Below are positions 52,564 through 57,840 of a stretch of 57,840 nucleotides of DNA, piece by piece (position 1 is the first letter of the stretch; each line of letters starts with the position of its first letter). The notes below the pieces were generated by a model, which did no database searches, had not been told where the DNA came from, and saw only the letters and a list, made by a program, of their open reading frames with translations. The stretch lies in assembly GCF_006345805.1 (NCBI RefSeq), contig NW_021834247.1:1-57840 (forward strand), read 5' to 3'. The position numbers and the translations under genes are program-made. This DNA is from Octopus sinensis (Eukaryota).

Positions 52564-53778
52564 TACTCTTTACTCTTTTACTTGTTTCAGTCATTTGACT
52601 GCGGCCATGCTGGAGCACCGCCTTTAGTCGAGCAAATCGACCCCAGGACTTATTCTTTGTAAGCCCAGTACTTATTCTATCGGTCGCTTTTGCCGAACCG
52701 CTAAGGCTACTCTTATTTGTTTCAGTCATTTGACTGTGGCCATGCTGGAGCACCGCCTTTAGTCGAGCAAATCGACCCCGGGACTTATTCTTTGTAAGCC
52801 CAGTACTTATTCTATCGGTCGCTTTTGCCGAACCGCTAAGGCTACTCTTATTTGTTTCAGTCATTTGACTGTGGCCATGCTGGAGCACCGCCTTTAGTCG
52901 AGCAACTCGACCCCGGGACTTATTCTTTGTAAGCCCAGTACTTATTCTATCGGTCGCTTTTGCCGAACCGCTAAGGCTACTCTTATTTGTTTCAGTCATT
53001 TGACTGTGGCCATGCTGGAGCCCGCCTTTAGTCGAGCAACTCGACCCGGGACTTATTCTTTGTAAGCCCAGTACTTATTCTATCTGTCGCTTTTGCCGAA
53101 CCGCTAAGGCTACCTTATTTGTTTCAGTCATTTGACTGTGGCCATGCTGGAGCACCGCCTTTAGTCGAGCAATCGACCCCGGACTTATTCTTTGTAAGCC
53201 AGTACTTATTCTATCGGTCGCTTTTGCCGAACCGCTAAGCTAAACTCTTATTTGTTTCAGTCATTTGACTGTGGCCATGCTGGAGCACACCGCCTTAGTC
53301 GAGCAAATCGACCCGGGACTTATTCTTTGTAAGCCCAGTACTTATTCTATCGGTCGCTTTTGCCGAACCGCTAAGGCTACTCTTATTTGTTTCAGTCATT
53401 TGACTGTGGCCATGCTGGAGCACCGCCTTTAGTCGAGCAAATCGACCCCGGAACTTATTCTTTGTAAGCCCAGTACTTATTCCATCAGTCTCTTTTGCTG
53501 AACCGCTAAGTGACGGGGATGTAAACACACCAGTATCGGTTGTCAAGCAATGCTATGGGGACAAACACAGATACACAAACACACACATACATATAAATAT
53601 ATATATACATATATACGACAGGCTTCTTTCAGTTTTCGTCTACCAAATCCACTCACAAGGCATTGGTCAGCCCAGGGCTATAGCAGAAGACACTTGCCCA
53701 AGATGCCACGCAGTGGGACTGAACCCGGAACCATGTGGTTGGTTAGCAAGCTACTTACCACACAGCCACTCCTGCGCC
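52564..53778 (-). mobile_element. Full-length tRNA SINE whose 3' 135 bp is tandemly repeated 7 times
   Basis: GTTTCAGTCATTTGACT starts at 52584, 52719, 52854, 52989, 53121, 53254 and 53389; the SINE head ends at 53778. Confidence 0.92.
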
Positions 53779-54089
53779 TATATTGTATTGTAATAATACT
53801 GAGGTGGAAGTCGGTGTTTGAAAGACATAAACTGGATCATCCCATAAATAATGCGGTATTTTTGTACTTCCTTTATTTTCTAAAATTAAGATTAGCAAAC
53901 TTCTTTTTTAATCTAAAATATACTCTCCTCCCTTTTGTACATCATCTTCCCGGTTCGGTTAGGCCCTTCTTGACGTGGTTGAATAGCCGACAAGACATCG
54001 GTCTGGGCAGCAGCCATCTATGCTGAACTCCATGTCCCCCTACATGGCCCTGCTTTTTGCTTTTTGAGCCAAAAAATTAACTTAACTTA

Positions 54090-54903
54090 ACTTATTTTCT
54101 ACAATGCCCTTCCATATACCTGGTAGACTTGCAAGACTCCCCTTCCAAAATCCACTTGTCCTTGACGAAAAAATCTCCTCCAGTCCTCTTCTGACCTCGT
54201 CTACAGAATTCCTATTTTTTCTGTCCAAGTGTTTTTGAATAAATGATAATCAGATGGGGCAATTTCAGGCGAATAGGGTGGGTGGGATATCCTTTCTTAT
54301 TCAAACTGCTCCAGCCTCTTGAATGTCATCCTCACTCTATGTGATTGAACATTATCCTGATGGAAGAACACCTTTCATCTTGAAACCACAGATGGTCGTC
54401 TTTCCGATGGCATGCAGGTGTTGATGTATGGTTGAATGAACAAATCCAAGCATCTCTGCCAGTTCCTCAACAGTTACGATGGGATTTTGTTTCACCAGGG
54501 TTTGCAGGACGTCCTCGTCAAGCTCTACAGATCTTCCAGGACGAGGAGGTCTTCTAGGCTATAGTTTCCGGCTCGGAATTTCTGGAGCCACAATTGACAC
54601 TAGCCTACGCTTATTGTCCGATCCCCATAGACTGCATAAATATTCCTTGCACTTTCGTTGCGCTGTTACGTTTATTGAAGTCATGAAGCAAAATATGCCA
54701 AATATGCTCCTTTGTCTCTTCCATTATAGCTTTGATAAATTAACTGATATCAAAACACACAATTCAAACCTTGCACAAGAATAAGGCGGAGGTAAAAATA
54801 CCACCTGCTTTTCTAATAAGATGATGCAGGTAGTTTATCCCGTCCCCCTCCAACTTTTAGTTCATGCAATTGAAAAAGTCGCACCATTTATGGGATGATC
54901 CAA
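54090..54903 (-). mobile_element. Internally deleted mariner, same family as 29686-30824
   Basis: TIR TTATGGGATGATCCAA; minus-strand MEETKEHI N-terminus, HPPYSPEIAPSDYHLF and C-terminal FW..G motifs. Confidence 0.85.
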
Positions 54904-54953
54904 TATATATATTTAGATATATGTGTATGTATATATATATATATATATGTATT

Positions 54954-55040
<87 letters not shown>

Positions 55041-55073
55041 ATATATATATATGTATATGTATATGTATATATA

Positions 55074-55110
<37 letters not shown>

Positions 55111-56259
55111 GTATATGTGCGCCTGTATTTATATATATATATACTAGCAGAATTGCCCGGCGTTGCTCGGGGCTGAATTGCCTGAAAGTACTGTTAATGA
55201 TTGCACTGAATTATGATGATTATTCAGGCAAATATTGATATAAGTTTACGGTAGGAGATAAGGACTTAACGATCAAACGTGTGCCATTGCATTGTTTTGG
55301 GGGAACCAAATTTCTGATGAGCATTATAGGGGCACCAACTTTATGTTTGAGAAAGTGTGGTGGTAGTCCGGGGTGCTCAAAGGAATTGAGTACCTCTATT
55401 GGATAGTTTTAATTGTTAAAAATTATTACCTTTGTACGGTATTTTTTCCGTGCTGGCCACCTGATAATATTGATACTTAAATATCGATATTATCCTCATA
55501 TACAAATTTATATAATTCGTTATTATATTCACTGCGGTGTTTATTTTAACCATATCGTGCTTATATGTTTTGGCGGGCAATTTAACTGGCCGTGTGCATA
55601 CGTACATATGTATGTATGTATGGACGTTCGTATATGTAAGTATATCGTTTGTTCTGCATATATATATGTGTATTTATGTACCCTTGATATATTCAATTGA
55701 TGACGGTAAAGCTCATTTAAAGCAAATACTGAAATCCTGGATCTTGAATTATTCAAAAATTTTTGCTTGTATATTTTGTCCCTCTGTCTTATCTCATGGT
55801 CTGATATGAACCCTTAACGTGGTTTTTATAGTCAGAATTTCGACTGCTATTTCGGCATGTTGGTGTCTCTCAGACACCCTCATTTTTAATTGTTAAAAAA
55901 TATTACCTTTGTACAGTATTTTTTCCATGCTGGCCACCTGATAATATTGATACTTAAATATCGATATTATCCTCATATATAAATTTATATATACAGATAT
56001 ATATATATAAATACACATATATATATATATATAATATATATATACATACATATATATATATATATATACATATATATATAATAGAATATTAAAATTACTA
56101 AGTCTCTCTAAAAGAGATCACGGCAGCGTTCCTGGAAAATAATAGTATCGCCATACTAATATGGCATTCTTATAAAAATAAGAATAAAGCTGTCCGCTTA
56201 TTAGCTCCATGAGGCCATCGCTTTAATTTAGCTATTTGATACACAAACTGTATCCATAT

Positions 56260-56302
56260 AACCTTCGAACATATATATAGATATATATACATACATATAT
56301 AT

Positions 56303-56334
<32 letters not shown>

Positions 56335-56376
56335 CTATATATATAATATATATACATATATATATAATATATATAC

Positions 56377-56431
<55 letters not shown>

Positions 56432-56483
56432 CATATAATATATAATATATACATATATAATATTATATACATATATATATATA

Positions 56484-56525
<42 letters not shown>

Positions 56526-56562
56526 ATATATATATATATATATACATATATTATATATATAC

Positions 56563-56593
<31 letters not shown>

Positions 56594-56673
56594 CATTATA
56601 TATATATATATATATATTACATAAATATATATATACATCTATATATAAACATCTAATATATATATACCATATA

Positions 56674-56705
<32 letters not shown>

Positions 56706-56940
56706 ATATATATATATGTATATATAATGTATACTATATATATAATATATATATACATATATATATATATAGTCTATATATATATATATATCCATATATA
56801 TCTATACATATATATATATACCTATATATATATATCTATATAGATACAATCTATCTCCATATATAATATCATATATATATATATATGATATATATATATA
56901 TATATATCTATATATATATATATTATATATATATAATATT
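56260..56940. repeat. (TA)n microsatellite block
   Basis: Directly visible. Confidence 0.9.
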
Positions 56941-56974
56941 ATTTATTTGATTGATTTTTGATTTGATTTTTAGT

Positions 56975-57840
56975 TCAGCTCATGAGCTGTGGCCATGCTG
57001 GGGCACCGCCACTTGGTGTTGCTACATGGTTCTACTTCCACGAAAGCTTTTTAGCGACTGCCATTTGGTGCATGAGAGAGTTCGATGCAGCTGCCTCATC
57101 TGCCACTCCTGCGTGAAGTTGGTTCATCTGGGACACCTGACAGGAGGAGATCCAGTTTCATTTTAAGACATCTGCATCCACCCCATGGAGGTCTCTTAAG
57201 TTCTTTGGGAGGATATTGAAGAGCTGTGGGCCTCGGAAGCCCAGGCTATCACAGTATCTTGTCCTACATCTTGATGGCAAATTTGGAGTCCTAGGCCCCA
57301 CGCAGTGGCGCCCAGTTCTGGCATTTGTGTAACTCTCGATGCCAAAGTTCGGGACACGTCCCTCCAGGATCTTCCAGATGTATATTATGGCATATCTTTC
57401 CCGCCTACGCTCCAAGGAATATAGTTTTAATCTCTTGAGTCTTTCCCAGTAGCTTACATTCTGCATAGAGGCTATCTTCTTCGTGTAGCTACGTTTGGAA
57501 TCGCCTCGAGTTCTGTGATCAAATTGACGCTGGATGGTGACCATAACTGAGAGCAATAGTCAAAGTGCTTAGGACAAGTGTCTTCCAGAGGACCATCATG
57601 TTTCTTGTTCTCTTGTTCTGAAGGTTCTGAGAATCCACCCGCCAGTCGTCTACATTTCATTCCAATTGCCATTTAGCAACATGTACATGAAAGGTTGCAT
57701 CATCACTCATGTAAATACCCAGGTCTCGCACTGATTGTGCCTCTGGGATTGCAATTCCTCGGGTCCAGTGTATTCATTGGGTATTGCATTTAGTTTTGCA
57801 TACTGATAGCATAAAGCTGAAACTTTTCAGCATTGAACTG
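56975..57840 (-). mobile_element. 3' end of a CR1-type LINE (ORF2 C-terminus and tail), running off the window
   Basis: SYWERLKRLKLYSLERRRERY..IWKIL and CSQLWSP motifs, frameshifted. Confidence 0.88.

Noticed and set aside
52388-52999. 203-aa ORF with 45-aa repeats
   Set aside because: Produced by the 135-bp SINE-tail array; no independent evidence of a gene.

Overview
AT-rich, repeat-dense eukaryotic genomic DNA. It is most likely an octopus/cephalopod, inferred from the SINE families and the (TA)n/(TATG)n microsatellites. There is one credible host gene, on the + strand (about 3942-31953, 14 coding exons, about 844 aa if one base is restored in exon 1). Its architecture is N-terminal ankyrin repeats, a single 1070-bp exon carrying 10 near-identical 34-aa ankyrin repeats, further ankyrin repeats, a C3HC4 RING, a linker built from duplicated phase-1 cassette exons, and a C-terminal death domain. 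The most striking signal is in the ankyrin array: the framework codons are almost invariant at DNA level, while variation is concentrated, non-synonymously and in shuffled combinations, at the target-binding positions that are randomised in DARPin libraries. This suggests a diversifying sensor-E3-death domain protein, possibly an innate immune receptor. The rest of the window is transposon debris (tRNA SINEs, RTE/CR1/HERO-like LINE fragments, mariner/Tc1 remnants, Helitron-like elements, piggyBac MITEs, foldback elements, Penelope-type hammerhead ribozyme motifs) and large simple repeats, including about 7.3 kb of degenerate (TATG)n. Most ORFs in the supplied track are microsatellite or repeat artefacts. 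All calls are from manual reading; no database searches were run.
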